A DNA stretch of 64,000 nt from an uncultured Thermoanaerobaculia bacterium (GCA_964440565.1 CAYTTB010000001.1:29361-93360), one strand, 5' to 3'. Counted from the first letter of the stretch, positions 46,197 to 60,446 are shown. Made by a program: numbers and translations. The notes: a model not told the origin generated them from the sequence alone.

Positions 46197-47894
46197 ATGG
46201 GCGAGGGCAAGGACTTCATCCGGCGGATCGTGGAGGAGGACCTGGCGTCGGGCCGGGTGGCACGGGTGCACACGCGGTTCCCGCCCGAGCCCAACGGGTA
46301 CCTCCACATCGGGCACGCCAAGGCGATCGTGCTCAACTTCGGGCTGGCCGAGGAGTACGGGGGGCTGTGCAACCTCCGCTTCGATGACACCAACCCCACC
46401 CGCGAGAGCCAGGAGTTCGTGGACGCGATCCGCGAGGACATCCGCTGGCTGGGGTACGACTGGGAGGACCGCGAGTACTTCGCGTCGGACTACTTCGAGC
46501 GGCTCTACGAGTGGGCCGAGGCGCTGATCCGCCGCGGCAAGGCGTACGTGTGCGACCTGTCGCCGGAGGAGGTGCGCGCCACCCGCGGCACCCTCACCGA
46601 GCCGGGCACCGAGAGCCCGTACCGCGACCGCACGGTGGAGGAGAACCTGGACCTGTTCCGGCGGATGCGGGCGGGCGAGTTCCCCGACGGCTCGCGCACC
46701 CTCCGCGCCAGGATCGACATGGCGGCGGGCAACCTCAACCTGCGCGACCCGGTGATGTACCGGATCCTCCGCGCCCGCCACCACCGCACCGGCGACCGGT
46801 GGTGCATCTACCCCACCTACGACTGGGCCCACGGCCAGTCCGACGCCATCGAGGGGATCACCCACTCGCTGTGCAGCCTCGAGTTCGAGGACCACCGGCC
46901 GCTGTACGACTGGTTCCTCTCCGAGCTCGAGGCCGCGGGGTGCATCCGTCACCGGCCGCGGCAGATCGAGTTCGCCCGCCTCAACCTCACCTACACGGTG
47001 CTCTCCAAGCGCAAGCTCACCCGCCTGGTGGAGGAGGGGCACGTGGCCGGCTGGGACGACCCCCGCATGCCCACCCTCGCCGGGATGCGCCGGCGCGGTT
47101 ACCCGCCGGAGGCGATCCGCGCGTTCTGCGAGCGGATCGGCCTCGCCAGGCGCGACAGCGTGGTGGACGTGGCGCTGCTGGAGTGGGCGGTACGGGATCA
47201 CCTGAACCGCACGGTGCCGCGGGCGATGGGGGTGCTGCGGCCGCTCAAGCTGGTGATCGAGAACTACCCCGAGGACCGGGTGGAGGAGTTCGAGGCGCCG
47301 CGCTTCCCCGACGACCCGCCGCGGATGGGCACCCGCACGGTCCCCTTCTGCCGCGAGCTGTGGATCGAGCGCACGGACTTCATGGAGGACCCGCCGCGGA
47401 AGTTCTGGCGGCTGGCGCCGGGGCGCGAGGTGCGGCTGCGCTGGGCGTACCTGGTGAGGTGCACGGGAGTGGTGAAGGACGGGCGCGGCGAGGTGGTGGA
47501 GGTGCGCGCCACCTACGACCCCTCGACCCGCGGCGGCGACGCCCCCGACGGGCGCCGCGTCCGCGGCACGATCCACTGGGTCTCGGCCCGCCACGCGGTG
47601 GACGCCGAGGTCCGCCTCTACGACCGGCTGTTCTCGGTCCCCGAGCCCGGGGCCGGGGGCCGCGACTTCCTGGAGGACCTGAACCCCCGCTCGCTGGAGG
47701 TGATCCCCCACGCGAAGCTGGAGCCCTCCCTCGCGGAGCTCGCTCCCGGGGAGCGGATCCAGCTGGAGCGGACCGGCTACTTCTGCGCCGACCCGGACAC
47801 CACGGACGCGGGCCGGCCGGTGCTCAACCGCACGGTGCCGCTCAAGGACACGTGGGCCAAGATCGCGCGGCGGGAGGGCGCGGGCCGGAGCTGA
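46197..47894 (+). CDS. glnS: Glutamine--tRNA ligase
   Basis: In-frame ATG at 46197 within ORF 44697..47894 (565 aa). Motifs [17 protein letters not shown] and VLSKRKL are present. The upstream 500 codons of the long ORF are out-of-frame overlap with gltX. Confidence 0.93.
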   Translation: MGEGKDFIRRIVEEDLASGRVARVHTRFPPEPNGYLHIGHAKAIVLNFGLAEEYGGLCNLRFDDTNPTRESQEFVDAIREDIRWLGYDWEDREYFASDYFERLYEWAEALIRRGKAYVCDLSPEEVRATRGTLTEPGTESPYRDRTVEENLDLFRRMRAGEFPDGSRTLRARIDMAAGNLNLRDPVMYRILRARHHRTGDRWCIYPTYDWAHGQSDAIEGITHSLCSLEFEDHRPLYDWFLSELEAAGCIRHRPRQIEFARLNLTYTVLSKRKLTRLVEEGHVAGWDDPRMPTLAGMRRRGYPPEAIRAFCERIGLARRDSVVDVALLEWAVRDHLNRTVPRAMGVLRPLKLVIENYPEDRVEEFEAPRFPDDPPRMGTRTVPFCRELWIERTDFMEDPPRKFWRLAPGREVRLRWAYLVRCTGVVKDGRGEVVEVRATYDPSTRGGDAPDGRRVRGTIHWVSARHAVDAEVRLYDRLFSVPEPGAGGRDFLEDLNPRSLEVIPHAKLEPSLAELAPGERIQLERTGYFCADPDTTDAGRPVLNRTVPLKDTWAKIARREGAGRS

Positions 47895-47920
47895 GCGGCG
47901 CCGGCGCCGCGAGAGCCGAA

Positions 47921-47950
47921 AGCGGGCCGCGACTGCGGCCCGCTCGCTTT
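47921..47950 (+). terminator. Hairpin with T-rich tail after glnS
   Basis: AGCGGGCCGC-gact-GCGGCCCGCT is followed by cgCTTTCT. Confidence 0.5.
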
Positions 47951-47956
47951 CTGGGA

Positions 47957-48041
47957 TGGTGCCGAAGGCCGGACTCGAACCGGCACGGGTCGCCCCACAC
48001 GGCCCTCAACCGTGCGCGTCTACCAGTTCCGCCACTTCGGC
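47957..48041 (-). tRNA. tRNA-Leu (anticodon GAG), CCA encoded
   Basis: Acceptor GCCGAAG/CTTCGGC, anticodon stem CACGG/CCGTG, loop TTGAGGG, long variable arm, T-arm GCCGG-TTCGAGT-CCGGC. Confidence 0.93.
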
Positions 48042-48055
48042 ACGCGCACCAGCGT

Positions 48056-48084
48056 AGTGTAGCCCGGGCCGGGGCGGTTGACAA
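48056..48084 (-). promoter_or_regulatory. Putative promoter of tRNA-Leu(GAG)
   Basis: The minus strand has TTGTCA (48084..48079), a 17-nt spacer and TACACT (48061..48056). The -35 lies inside the palindrome GGCGGTTGACAACCGCC, which overlaps the secG stop. Confidence 0.45.
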
Positions 48085-48088
48085 CCGC

Positions 48089-48505
48089 CTACTGGCCCTG
48101 CGGCGCCTGCGGCTGCGCGGGAGCCCGCTCGCCCGCCGCCTCCCCGCCCTGGTTCCCGGCCGGGGCCGGCGTGGCCTCGCCGGGGGCCGCGGGGGCCGGG
48201 GTGGCCTCGGGGGCCGGCGCCGCGGCCGCCGGGGTGGCGGGCTGGGCCTTCACGCCCTCCATCACCGTGCCGCGCCGCTTGCCCTGCATGATGGCGAGCG
48301 TCAGCGACAGCAGCACGAACAGCACGAACGCCCCGGTCGTGAGCTTGTGCAGCAGGGTCGTGGTGCCGCGGGGCCCGAACGCGGTCTGGCTGGACGCGCC
48401 GCCGAACGCCGAGGCGAGATCCGCTCCCTTCCCCTGCTGGAGCAGCACCACCAGGATCAGGAAGATGCAGACGAGGACGTAGAACAGCGTGAGCAGTACG
48501 GTCAC
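48089..48505 (-). CDS. secG: Preprotein translocase subunit SecG with long Pro/Ala-rich C-terminal tail
   Basis: ORF 48089..48505, 138 aa. The SecG core is VLVCIFLILVVLLQQGKGADLASAFGG, followed by about 60 aa of PA-rich extension. Confidence 0.85.
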   Translation of the reverse strand: MTVLLTLFYVLVCIFLILVVLLQQGKGADLASAFGGASSQTAFGPRGTTTLLHKLTTGAFVLFVLLSLTLAIMQGKRRGTVMEGVKAQPATPAAAAPAPEATPAPAAPGEATPAPAGNQGGEAAGERAPAQPQAPQGQ

Positions 48506-49269
48506 GATCGCTCCCCCGCGGCGGAAGCCGCCGCAGCGCGGATGATAGCCGAAAACGAGGCCGCGTCAAGGCTGGCACCGCCCACCAGGCCGCCGTCCAC
48601 CTCCGGCTGGCCGAACAGCTCGGCGGCGTTGGCCGGCTTGACGCTGCCGCCGTAGAGGATCCGCACCGCCGCCGCGGCCTCGCCACCGAGCAGCTCGGCG
48701 AGACGGCCGCGCAGGAACGCGTGCGCCTCCTGCGCCTGGGCGGGCGTCGCGGTGCGGCCGGTACCGATGGCCCACACCGGCTCGTACGCCACGACCAGGC
48801 GGGTGGGATCGAGCCCTCCGAGGACGGCCGACTGCCGCCCCAGCACCTCGAGGGTCCTTCCCGCCTCGCGCTCCTCGAGGGTCTCGCCGAGGCAGAAGAT
48901 GACGGCGAGTCCGTCCTCCTGGGCCCGCCGCGCCCTCCGGGCGGCGCTCTCGTCGGTCTCGCCGAAGAACCTCCGGCGCTCGGAGTGGCCCACGATGACC
49001 CACCCCGCCCCGAGCTCGGCCAGCATGGATGCCGACACCTCGCCGGTGAACGCACCCTCGCGCTCCCAGTGGACGTTCTGCGCGCCCACCCCGATCCCGG
49101 ACTCGGCCAGCAACATCGTGGCGGTGGGGATCGACACGTACGGCGGGAACACCACCACCTCGACGCCCCGTGGGAGATCCTCGGCCAGGATCGCCTCGCA
49201 GAACGCCGCGGTCTCGGCGGGGCCCTTGTGCATCTTCCAGTTGCCGGCGACGATGGGGGTCCTGCTCAT
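48502..49269 (-). CDS. tpiA: Triose-phosphate isomerase
   Basis: Tail of ORF 48502..49428 from the ATG at 49269. Motifs IVAGNWKMH, VGHSERR and AYEPVWAIGTG are present. ATGA overlaps occur at both ends. Confidence 0.92.
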   Translation of the reverse strand: MSRTPIVAGNWKMHKGPAETAAFCEAILAEDLPRGVEVVVFPPYVSIPTATMLLAESGIGVGAQNVHWEREGAFTGEVSASMLAELGAGWVIVGHSERRRFFGETDESAARRARRAQEDGLAVIFCLGETLEEREAGRTLEVLGRQSAVLGGLDPTRLVVAYEPVWAIGTGRTATPAQAQEAHAFLRGRLAELLGGEAAAAVRILYGGSVKPANAAELFGQPEVDGGLVGGASLDAASFSAIIRAAAASAAGERS

Positions 49270-50462
49270 GGCGCCTCCAGGGCCTCGATCGCGGGCAGCG
49301 GCTCGCCCGCGACCAGTGCGAGCGAGGCACCGCCGCCGGTGGAGACGTGGGAGATCCGCGCCGCGACGCCGGCGCGTTCCACCGCCATCACCGACTCGCC
49401 GCCGCCGACCACGGTGAAGCCCCGGCACGCCGCCACCGCCCGGGCCACCGCCTCGGTCCCGGCGGCGAACCGGGCCACCTCGAACACCCCCATGGGGCCG
49501 TTCCAGAACACGGTCCGGGCGGCGGCGATCCTGGCCGCGAACGCCTCCCGCGTCGCGGGACCGATGTCCACCGCGAGAGTGCCTTCCGGGATCTCCCCGG
49601 CCGCCACCACCTCCACCCGCGAGGGGTTCTCGGGATCGTCCGCCACCACCAGATCCCCGGGCAGCACCAGCTCGGCGCCGCGGTCGGCGGCGAGCCGCTC
49701 CACCTCGCGTGCCACCTCCACCATCTCGGCCTCCACCAGCGAGCGGCCCACCGGAAGCCCGCGCGCCAGGAGGAACGTGTTGGCCATCCCCCCGCCCACC
49801 AGGATCGTGTCGGCGCGGGCCACGAGCGAGCGCAGGGGGGCGGTCTTGGTGGAGACCTTGGCGCCGCCCACCACCGCCACGAACGGGCGCTCGGGCCGCT
49901 CCACCACCCGCCCGAGCGCCTCGAGCTCCGCCTCCATCAGGCGGCCCGCGGCGCGGCGCCCGCGCGGGTACCGGCGGGCCACCGCGTGGACCGAGGCGTG
50001 GGCGCGGTGGGCGGTACCGAAGGCATCGTTGACGTAGTGGGGAAACGGCGCCGAGAGGCGGGCGGCGAACCCGGGGTCGTCGGCCTTCTCGCCGGGATGA
50101 AAGCGCAGGTTCTCGAGCAGGAGCACCTCGCCCGGCCCCGCTCGACGGAGCGCCTCCTCCACCGCCGGACCCACGCAGTCGGGGACCCAGCGCACCGGCC
50201 GCTGGAGCAGCTCGCCGAGCACCCCCGCCACCGGCCGGAGCGAGTAGCGGGGATCGGGAGTCCCGGCGGCCTTGCCGAGGTGGGAGCAGCAGGCCACCAC
50301 CGCGCCGCGCTCCGCGAGCCAGCGGAGGGTGGGCAGGGCCGCCCGGACGCGGGCGTCGTCCGCGACCCGGCCGTCCTCGATGGGGACGTTGAGGTCGAGG
50401 CGGGTGAGCACCGGCGCGCCGGGGCCGAGCCCCTCGAGCTCCTCCAGGCGGGGCAGGCTCAC
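49266..50462 (-). CDS. pgk: Phosphoglycerate kinase
   Basis: Tail of ORF 49266..51224 from the GTG at 50462, which overlaps the gap stop. Motifs RLDLNVP, FVAVVGGAKVSTK and WNGPMGVFE are present. Confidence 0.92.
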   Translation of the reverse strand: MSLPRLEELEGLGPGAPVLTRLDLNVPIEDGRVADDARVRAALPTLRWLAERGAVVACCSHLGKAAGTPDPRYSLRPVAGVLGELLQRPVRWVPDCVGPAVEEALRRAGPGEVLLLENLRFHPGEKADDPGFAARLSAPFPHYVNDAFGTAHRAHASVHAVARRYPRGRRAAGRLMEAELEALGRVVERPERPFVAVVGGAKVSTKTAPLRSLVARADTILVGGGMANTFLLARGLPVGRSLVEAEMVEVAREVERLAADRGAELVLPGDLVVADDPENPSRVEVVAAGEIPEGTLAVDIGPATREAFAARIAAARTVFWNGPMGVFEVARFAAGTEAVARAVAACRGFTVVGGGESVMAVERAGVAARISHVSTGGGASLALVAGEPLPAIEALEAP

Positions 50463-51478
50463 GCGCCCTCCCGCTCCGTCATGTGGGCGAGCAGGTCCAC
50501 GCAGCGGAGCGCGTAGGCGTTCTCGTTGTCGTACCAGCCCACCACCCGGACCAGCGTCGGCGCGACCTGCGCGATCTGGTCGAGGTCCACCACCACCGAG
50601 TGGGTCTCGCCGATGATGTCCGACGACACCAGCGGCTCGTCGGTGGCCCGGAGGATCCCCGCGAGCTCGCCCTCGGCGGCCCGGACGAACGCCTCCCGTA
50701 CCTCCTCGACGGTGACCGGCCGCCGGGGAACGAAGGTGAGGTCCACCACCGAGCCGTCCATCACCGGCACCCGCATGGCGGCCCCGGAGAGCCTGCCGTC
50801 CAGCGCCGGGTAGACCTGCCCGATCGCCCTGGCGGCCCCGGTGGAGGTGGGGATGATGTTCACCGCCGCCGCCCGCGCGCGCCTCGGGTCCGAGGGGTGC
50901 TGGACGTCCAGGATCCGCTGGTCGTTGGTGTAGGCGTGAATGGTGGTCATCCAGCCGTGCTCGATCCCGAACGCCTCGTCCAGCACCTTCACCATCGGCG
51001 CCAGGCAGTTCGTGGTGCAGGAGGCGTTGGAGACCACGTGGTGGGCGCCGGGGTCGTAGGTGTGATGGTTGACGCCCATCACGAAGGTGGCGTCCACGCC
51101 GCCCTTGCCGGGTGCGGTGATGATCACCTTGCGCGCGCCCGCCTCGAGGTGGGCCGCGGCCTTCTCCCGCGAGCGGAACAGCCCGGTGGCCTCGAACACG
51201 TGCGTGACCCCGAGCTCGCCCCACGGCAGCTCCGCCGGGTTCCGCACGGCGAGCACCCGCACGCGGTGCCCGTCGATGACCAGCGCGTCGGCCTCGGCCT
51301 CGACGGATCCCGGCCAGCGGCCGTGAACGGTATCGTGGCGGAACAGGTGCCCGAGCATCTCGGGCGAGGTCAGGTCGTTCACCGCGACCAGCTCGAACGG
51401 CGCGCCGCGTTCGAGCAGGTGGCGCGCCACCAGGCGCCCGATGCGGCCGAACCCGTTGATGGCGACACGAACGCTCAT
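50459..51478 (-). CDS. gap: Glyceraldehyde-3-phosphate dehydrogenase
   Basis: Tail of ORF 50459..51799 from the ATG at 51478 (339 aa), after GAGGAGGGG. Motifs INGFGRIGR, SNASCTTNCLAP and WYDNE are present. Confidence 0.93.
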   Translation of the reverse strand: MSVRVAINGFGRIGRLVARHLLERGAPFELVAVNDLTSPEMLGHLFRHDTVHGRWPGSVEAEADALVIDGHRVRVLAVRNPAELPWGELGVTHVFEATGLFRSREKAAAHLEAGARKVIITAPGKGGVDATFVMGVNHHTYDPGAHHVVSNASCTTNCLAPMVKVLDEAFGIEHGWMTTIHAYTNDQRILDVQHPSDPRRARAAAVNIIPTSTGAARAIGQVYPALDGRLSGAAMRVPVMDGSVVDLTFVPRRPVTVEEVREAFVRAAEGELAGILRATDEPLVSSDIIGETHSVVVDLDQIAQVAPTLVRVVGWYDNENAYALRCVDLLAHMTEREGA

Positions 51479-51822
51479 CGTCCCCTCCTCGTGCTCTCGT
51501 TCGCAGGCGGCCGAAGTATAGCCGACGACGGGAAACCTCGCCCGCTCGGGCTCGCGCCCCGGAGAGCGCGGCCCGGGCGGCACCCCCGCCGGGGAGAGCG
51601 TGGCGGCCGGGACACGGCCGGGGAGGCTTCGCGGAAGCTCCGCTGGCCCGGGTTGCTCGTCACGCTCGTCGGGAGCGGCGGGCGATGGGTGTCGGCCTCG
51701 AGCTCGGGCGGCGAGCGGGAAGCCACGCCGCAGGCCGCGAGGAGCGACGAGCCAGGTCCTGGCGCCGGGATCGCGCCGCGCAGCAGATCGCCGATGCATG
51801 ATCCGGGCTGGGCTCGCGGGTC

Positions 51823-51851
51823 TTGATCCAGGGCGGGAAAGGTGCTATGGT
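51823..51851 (+). promoter_or_regulatory. Putative promoter of tRNA-Lys/tRNA-Leu (and possibly tig)
   Basis: TTGATC (51823-51828), a 17-nt spacer and TATGGT (51846-51851). The tRNA starts 15 nt later. Confidence 0.5.
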
Positions 51852-51865
51852 GCGCGGGTGCGGGT

Positions 51866-51941
51866 GGGCCGTTAGCTCAACTGGCAGAGCAAGGGACTCT
51901 TAATCCCTAGGTTGGAGGTTCGATTCCTCCACGGCTCACCA
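51866..51941 (+). tRNA. tRNA-Lys (anticodon CUU), CCA encoded
   Basis: Acceptor GGGCCGT/ACGGCTC (one G-U pair), anticodon stem AGGGA/TCCCT, loop CTCTTAA, T-arm GGAGG-TTCGATT-CCTCC. Confidence 0.93.
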
Positions 51942-51955
51942 GACCCCCATTCGCT

Positions 51956-52043
<88 letters not shown>

Positions 52044-52053
52044 GGAGACACCG

Positions 52054-53337
52054 ATGCCGTACGAGCTCGAGAGCAAGCCCAACCACACCGTGGCCGTATC
52101 CGCGTACCTCGACGCCGAGGCGGTCGAGGAGGAGCGCACCCGCCTGCTGAAGCGCCTGGCGCGTCGGGTGCGGATCCCCGGGTTCCGTCCCGGCAGGGCT
52201 CCGCTCAAGGTGGTTCGCGCCCGCCTCGGCCGCGAGATCGAGGAGGACCTCGAGGAGAGCCTCGCCCGGAGGGCGTGGGCGGAGGTGCTGGAGGGCGAGA
52301 AGGACCTGGAGCCGATCTCGGACTTCCGGATCCGCCGCGCCGAGGTGGACGAGGACGGCACCTTCCGCCTCGAGGGCGAGGTGGACGTGCGGCCGCGCTG
52401 GGAGCTGCCGGACCCGGAGGGTCTCGAGCTGCCGGAGTTCTCCATCGAGGTGACGGACGCGGAGGTGGAGGAGCGTCTGGAGCGGATGGCGGAGCGCCAC
52501 GCCCAGTGGGAGCCGGTGGAGGACGCCGTGGCCGAGGACGGGATGGCGGCCGAGGTGCGGGTCGCGGTGGAGTTCCCCGAGGGCGACGGCGAGCCGTTCG
52601 AGCTCGGCGATGCGGTGCTGCCGCTGGGCGAGGCGCGCCTCGGCCAGGCGGTGGACGAGGCGCTCCAGGGCGCCCGGCCGGGCGACACCCGCGAGGCCGA
52701 GGCGGAGATTCCCGAGGACCACCCCGACGAGCGCCTCGCCGGCAGGAGGGTCCGCTACCTGCTGGAGCTCCGCGCGCTGCGGCGCAAGGTGGTGCCGGAG
52801 GTGGACGAGGGGTTCGCCAGGACGATGGGCGTCGGGAGCCTGGAGGAGCTGCGCGCGAGGGTGCGGGAGGCGATCGAGCGCGAGAAGCGCGCCGAGCGTC
52901 GGCGGACCTGGCGGCGCGCCCTGCTCGACCAGCTGGAGCGCGACATCGAGCCCGAGAGCGTCCCGCCCTCGGTGGTGGACACCGCGCTCCGGGCGCGGCT
53001 GGACTCGCTCGCGTTCGAGCTCGCGATGCGCGGGGTCGACCCCGGCTCGGGGGCGGTGGACTGGAACCAGGTGGCTGCGGAGGTGGAGCCCGACGCCCGC
53101 AGGGCGGCGCTCGACCGGCTGGTGCTGGAGCAGCTCGCCGACCGGTGGGGGATCGAGGTGCCCGAGGATGACGTGGAGGCCATCGTGCGCGAGGAGGCGC
53201 GCCGGGCCGGTGTGCCCGTGGGCGAGCACCGGGCCAGGATGGAGGCGGAGGGCCGGCTCGCCGAGCTGCGCGAGGGCGCCCGGCTCGCCCGCGTCGTGGA
53301 CGAGCTGATCCGCCGGGCCGGCGGGGAGGTGGAGTGA
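52054..53337 (+). CDS. tig: Trigger factor
   Basis: ORF 52054..53337, 427 aa. The ribosome-binding signature GFRPGRAP is present, with a PPIase-like middle and an acidic C-terminal arm. It starts 13 nt after tRNA-Leu. Confidence 0.92.
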   Translation: MPYELESKPNHTVAVSAYLDAEAVEEERTRLLKRLARRVRIPGFRPGRAPLKVVRARLGREIEEDLEESLARRAWAEVLEGEKDLEPISDFRIRRAEVDEDGTFRLEGEVDVRPRWELPDPEGLELPEFSIEVTDAEVEERLERMAERHAQWEPVEDAVAEDGMAAEVRVAVEFPEGDGEPFELGDAVLPLGEARLGQAVDEALQGARPGDTREAEAEIPEDHPDERLAGRRVRYLLELRALRRKVVPEVDEGFARTMGVGSLEELRARVREAIEREKRAERRRTWRRALLDQLERDIEPESVPPSVVDTALRARLDSLAFELAMRGVDPGSGAVDWNQVAAEVEPDARRAALDRLVLEQLADRWGIEVPEDDVEAIVREEARRAGVPVGEHRARMEAEGRLAELREGARLARVVDELIRRAGGEVE

Positions 53338-53930
53338 TGCTGGTGCCCATCGTGGTGGAGCAGACCAGCCGCGGGGAGCGGGCGTACGACATCTACTCGC
53401 GCCTGCTCAAGGACAACGTCATCTTCCTGGGGAGCAGCATCGACGACCAGGTGGCGTCGCTGGTCATCGCCCAGATGCTCTTCCTGGAGGCGGAGAACCC
53501 CGAGAAGGACATCTTCCTCTACATCAACTCGCCGGGCGGGTCCATCACCGCGGGCCTCGCGATCTACGACACGATGCAGTACGTGAAGCCCGACGTGTGC
53601 ACCATCTGCCTGGGCCAGGCGGCGTCCATGGCGGCGGTGCTCCTCGCCGGCGGGGCCAGGGGGAAGCGCCTGGCGCTGCCCCACGCCCGGGTGCTGCTGC
53701 ACCAGCCGCTGATGTACGGGCTCCAGGGGCAGGCGACGGACATCGACATCCACGCCAAGGATCTGATGCGGCTGCGCCAGCGGCTCAACGAGATCCTGGC
53801 CGCGCACACCGGTCAGCCGGTGGACAGGATCCACCAGGACACGGAGCGCGACTTCATCCTCGAGGCGTCCGACGCCCTCGAGTACGGGATCATCGACCGG
53901 GTGATCGAGAGGCGGGAATCCTCCGAATGA
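53337..53930 (+). CDS. clpP: ATP-dependent Clp protease proteolytic subunit
   Basis: ATG at 53337, one codon inside the track start at 53334. Motifs [20 protein letters not shown] (catalytic Ser) and LLHQP are present. Confidence 0.93.
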   Translation: MLVPIVVEQTSRGERAYDIYSRLLKDNVIFLGSSIDDQVASLVIAQMLFLEAENPEKDIFLYINSPGGSITAGLAIYDTMQYVKPDVCTICLGQAASMAAVLLAGGARGKRLALPHARVLLHQPLMYGLQGQATDIDIHAKDLMRLRQRLNEILAAHTGQPVDRIHQDTERDFILEASDALEYGIIDRVIERRESSE

Positions 53931-53978
53931 CGCGACGGTTAGAGGCTCCGTACTGTAGAATGGAGTGAGGAGGGCCCG

Positions 53979-55214
<1,236 letters not shown>

Positions 55215-55242
55215 TCGAGACGACTGGGAAGTCGAGCCACAC

Positions 55243-57639
55243 ATGACCGAACGGACCGAGAACCACGTGCTGCCCGTGGTCCCCCTGCGGGACCTGGTGG
55301 TGTTCCCGCACATGATGGCCCCCTTCGTGGTGGGCCGGCGGGGCTCCGTGCTGGCGCTGGAGCGCTCGCTGGAGCGCCTCGACAAGCGGATCTTCCTGGT
55401 CACCCAGCGCGATCCCAAGGTGAACCGGCCGGGGCCGGAGGACCTGTACACGGTGGGCGTGATCGCCCGCGTGGTGCAGCACATCCAGCTCGCGTCGGGG
55501 AACATCAAGGTGATGGTGGAGGGGCAGGTGCGGGCGCGGGTGGAGGCGTTCCGCCCCGAGGGCGAGGCGCTCGTCGCCGAGGTCACGGCGGTACGCGGGC
55601 GCGCCACCTCCGACCCGCCGGTGCCGGAGTACATGGAGCGGCTGCGCGAGCAGTTCAAGGAGTACGCCAAGCTCAGCCACCACCTGTCGGTGGAGGGCGT
55701 GCTGGCCTCGCTCGAGACCTCCGACCCCGACCAGTTCGCGGACATCCTGGCGGCGCACCTGATGGTGGCCACGCCGGAGAAGCAGCGGCTGCTGGAGATC
55801 GTGCAGCCGCTGGAGCGGCTGCAGGCGCTGCAGGACGTCCTCGACGTGGAGATCGAGAAGCTCAAGATCGACCGGAGGATCAACTCCCGCGTCAAGAAGC
55901 AGATGGAGAAGGCGCAGCGGGAGTACTACCTGTCCGAGAAGATCAAGGCGATCAACGAGGAGCTGGGGCGCGGGGATGCCCAGGAGGAGATCGAGGAACT
56001 CCGCAAGCGGATCGAGGAGTCCGGCATGACGGAGGAGGCGAAGGAGAAGGCGCTGGGCGAGCTCCGGCGCCTCGAGGGGATGCCTCCCATGTCGGCCGAG
56101 GCGACGGTGGCGCGCTCCTACATCGAGTGGCTGCTGGCGGTCCCGTGGAAGAAGGCGTCGCGGGAGATCCGCGACATCGCCAGGGCGGAACGGGTCCTGG
56201 AGGAGGACCACTACGGTCTCGAGAAGGTGAAGGAGCGGATCCTGGAGTTCCTCGCGGTGCGCCAGCTCACGCGCCGGACCGGCGGCACCATCCTCTGCTT
56301 CGTGGGGCCGCCCGGGGTCGGGAAGACCTCCCTCGCGCGCTCCATCGCCCGCGCGACGGGCCGCAGGTTCGTGCGCCTGTCGCTGGGCGGGGTGCGCGAC
56401 GAGGCGGAGATCCGCGGCCACCGCCGCACCTACATCGGCGCCTTCCCCGGCCAGATCATCCAGATGATGCGGCGCGCCGGCACCGTCAACCCGGTGCTGC
56501 TGCTCGACGAGGTGGACAAGATGGCCGCGGACTTCCGCGGCGATCCGGCGGCGGCGCTGCTGGAGGTGCTGGATCCGGAGCAGAACCACACCTTCCATGA
56601 CCACTACCTGGACGTGGAGTACGACCTGTCGCGGGTGCTGTTCATCTGCACCGCCAACGTGACCCACACCATCCCGCCCGCGCTGCTGGACCGGATGGAG
56701 GTGATCCACCTCTCCGGCTACACCCACCAGGAGAAGCGGGAGATCGCGCGCCGGTTCCTCATCCCGCGGCAGCTCAAGCGGCACGGCCTCGGGCGGTACG
56801 CGGTGGAGATCACCGACGAGGCCCTCGCCGAGCTCATCGAGCGGTACACGCGCGAGGCCGGGGTGCGCAACCTGGAGCGCGAGATCGCCTCGATCTGCAG
56901 GAAGCTCGCCCGGCGGGTGCTGAAGGAGGGGCTCGCGCGCGGGGCGAGGCTCACGGTGGACGTGGAGGCGCTGCGCGAGCTCCTGGGGCAGCCGCGGTAC
57001 AGGCCGCAGCGGAGGGAGGAGCGGCCGGAGGTGGGCGTGGCCACCGGCCTCGCCTGGACCCAGGTGGGCGGCGAGCTGCTGGCCACCGAGGTGACGCTGA
57101 TGCGCGGCAAGGGCAAGCTCACCCTCACCGGGCAGCTGGGCGACGTGATGCAGGAGTCGGCTCGGGCAGCGCTGAGCTACGTGCGCTCGCGCGCCGAGCG
57201 CCTCGGCATCGACCCCGAGGTGTTCGAGAAGACCGACGTCCACATCCACGTGCCCGAGGGGGCGATCCCGAAGGACGGCCCGTCCGCGGGCGTCACCATG
57301 GCCACGGCGCTGGTGTCGGCGTTCACGGGCGTCGCGGTGCGGAGCGACGTGGCCATGACCGGAGAGATCACGCTCCGCGGCCGGGTGCTCCCGGTGGGCG
57401 GGATCAAGGACAAGGTGCTGGCGGCGCACCGGGCCGGGATCACCACCGTGGTGCTGCCGGAGGAGAACGAGAAGGACCTCGAGGAGATCCCCGAGGAGGT
57501 GCGCGACGAGGTGACCTTCGTCCTCGTCACCTCCATCGACGAGATCCTCGAGCGGGCGCTGGTGCGGGAGGGCGAGGAGCCGGTGGCGCAGCCCTCGGAG
57601 GAGGGCGCCGCGGCGCGTCCTCCCTCGCTGGCGCACTGA
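55243..57639 (+). CDS. lon: Lon protease
   Basis: ORF 55243..57639, 798 aa. It has a LON N-domain, Walker [10 protein letters not shown] and the protease motif DGPSAGV. Confidence 0.95.
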   Translation: MTERTENHVLPVVPLRDLVVFPHMMAPFVVGRRGSVLALERSLERLDKRIFLVTQRDPKVNRPGPEDLYTVGVIARVVQHIQLASGNIKVMVEGQVRARVEAFRPEGEALVAEVTAVRGRATSDPPVPEYMERLREQFKEYAKLSHHLSVEGVLASLETSDPDQFADILAAHLMVATPEKQRLLEIVQPLERLQALQDVLDVEIEKLKIDRRINSRVKKQMEKAQREYYLSEKIKAINEELGRGDAQEEIEELRKRIEESGMTEEAKEKALGELRRLEGMPPMSAEATVARSYIEWLLAVPWKKASREIRDIARAERVLEEDHYGLEKVKERILEFLAVRQLTRRTGGTILCFVGPPGVGKTSLARSIARATGRRFVRLSLGGVRDEAEIRGHRRTYIGAFPGQIIQMMRRAGTVNPVLLLDEVDKMAADFRGDPAAALLEVLDPEQNHTFHDHYLDVEYDLSRVLFICTANVTHTIPPALLDRMEVIHLSGYTHQEKREIARRFLIPRQLKRHGLGRYAVEITDEALAELIERYTREAGVRNLEREIASICRKLARRVLKEGLARGARLTVDVEALRELLGQPRYRPQRREERPEVGVATGLAWTQVGGELLATEVTLMRGKGKLTLTGQLGDVMQESARAALSYVRSRAERLGIDPEVFEKTDVHIHVPEGAIPKDGPSAGVTMATALVSAFTGVAVRSDVAMTGEITLRGRVLPVGGIKDKVLAAHRAGITTVVLPEENEKDLEEIPEEVRDEVTFVLVTSIDEILERALVREGEEPVAQPSEEGAAARPPSLAH

Positions 57640-57643
57640 CACC

Positions 57644-58246
57644 GTGGAGATCGAGCGGGTCGAGTTCCGAGGCTCGGCGCTCCGGCCCGAGGACAGGCCC
57701 CAGGAGTGGTTCCCCCACATCGCGGTGGCGGGCCGCTCAAACGTGGGCAAGTCCAGCCTCTTGAACTGGTTGTGGCGCCGGCGGCTGGCCCGGGTGGCCA
57801 AGTCGCCGGGGAAGACGAGAACGTTGAACTTCTACCTCGTGAACGGGAGCGTGTACCTGGTGGACCTTCCCGGCTACGGCTACGCGGCGGTGGACCGGTC
57901 GCTCAAGCGGCAGTGGGACGCGGAGCTCGGCCGCTACCTGGCCGAGGAGCCCCGCCTGGCCGGGGTGGTGTCGCTCCTCGACATCCGCCACGGACCGACG
58001 CCGCTGGACCTCGAGCTCCACCGCCTGCTCGCCGGGGCGGGCCGCGAGGTGCTGGTGGTGCTCACCAAGGCCGACAAGCTGGGGCGGGGGCGGCGGGAGC
58101 GGCAGCGGTTCGCGGTGCAGCGGCAGCTGGGCCTGCCCACGCCGCCGCTGGCGGTGAGCGTCCGCACCGGGGAGGGGCGCCGGGAGCTCCTGGCGGGGAT
58201 GGAGCGCATGGTGGAACGCTGGAGAGCGTCGCAACGGGGGGCGTGA
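57644..58246 (+). CDS. engB: Ribosome biogenesis GTPase EngB/YihA
   Basis: ORF 57644..58246, 200 aa. Motifs [20 protein letters not shown] and TKADK are present. Confidence 0.88.
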   Translation: MEIERVEFRGSALRPEDRPQEWFPHIAVAGRSNVGKSSLLNWLWRRRLARVAKSPGKTRTLNFYLVNGSVYLVDLPGYGYAAVDRSLKRQWDAELGRYLAEEPRLAGVVSLLDIRHGPTPLDLELHRLLAGAGREVLVVLTKADKLGRGRRERQRFAVQRQLGLPTPPLAVSVRTGEGRRELLAGMERMVERWRASQRGA

Positions 58247-58247
58247 G

Positions 58248-59615
<1,368 letters not shown>

Positions 59616-59618
59616 GCG

Positions 59619-60446
59619 GTGGCGGCGCGCGGGACCTCCGGTGCGGCCGTGGGGCCGCTGGTGGTGGCGGGCGTCGGGTTCCTCAACGCCCGCCCGCTGC
59701 TGGCGGGGCTGGAGGCGGGGATCCCCGCGCCGGTGCCGTACCGCCTGCTCACCGCCGAGCCCGCGCGGTGCGCCGAGATGCTCGCCCGGGGCGACGCCCA
59801 CGCCGGGCTGGTCCCGGTCGCCGCGGCGGCGGAGCTCCCCGGGGTGGCGTGCCTGCCCGGCCTCGGCATCGCCGCCGCCGGTCCCGTGTGGTCGGTGCTG
59901 CTGGTGGCGCGCCGGCCGCTCGAGGCGGTGCGCCGGCTGGCGGTGCACGCCGCCTCCCGCTCGTCGGCGGCGCTCGCCGAGCTCCTGTTCCGGCGGGACG
60001 TGGGGGTGGCGGTGGAGGTGCGGCGGGTGGCCCGGCCGCTCGCCGAGCTCGAGGGGTGGGCGGACGCGGCGGTGGTGATCGGGGATCCGGCGCTGGCCGT
60101 GCGAGGGCGCACCGGCCACCGCGAGGAGGACCTGGCGGCGTGGTGGCACCGCCGCACCGGCCTGCCCTTCGTCTTCGCGCTGTGGGGGCTCGCGCCTCAC
60201 CCGCGCGCGCGCGAGCTCGCGGCCCTGCTCGAGCGCTCGGCGGCGTACGGCAGCGAGCACGTGGACGCGCTCGTGGCCGACCTCGACGGCCGCCGCGAGC
60301 TGGCGCGCGAGTACCTCACCCGCCGCCTCCGGTACCGGCTGGGGGAGGCCGAGCTCGCGGGGCTCGGGCGGTTCCTCGCCGAGGCCGCCGCGGAGGGCCT
60401 CGTGGCGGGCAGCGGCGTGCGGTGGCTCGGGGAGGGGACGCGATGA
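59619..60446 (+). CDS. mqnA: Chorismate dehydratase MqnA (futalosine pathway)
   Basis: ORF 59619..60446 with motifs GFLNARPL and GLPFVFALW, in the periplasmic-binding-protein-like MqnA family. The start could instead be the GTG at 59649. Confidence 0.8.
   Translation: MAARGTSGAAVGPLVVAGVGFLNARPLLAGLEAGIPAPVPYRLLTAEPARCAEMLARGDAHAGLVPVAAAAELPGVACLPGLGIAAAGPVWSVLLVARRPLEAVRRLAVHAASRSSAALAELLFRRDVGVAVEVRRVARPLAELEGWADAAVVIGDPALAVRGRTGHREEDLAAWWHRRTGLPFVFALWGLAPHPRARELAALLERSAAYGSEHVDALVADLDGRRELAREYLTRRLRYRLGEAELAGLGRFLAEAAAEGLVAGSGVRWLGEGTR

Noticed and set aside
51479-51822. Possible ncRNA or riboswitch in the 340-bp gap upstream of gap
   Set aside because: The only features are a TATACT -10-like box near the gap SD, a bulged hairpin and loose CCGGAGAGCG repeats. 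I recognised no conserved RNA motif, and all ORFs there are junk.
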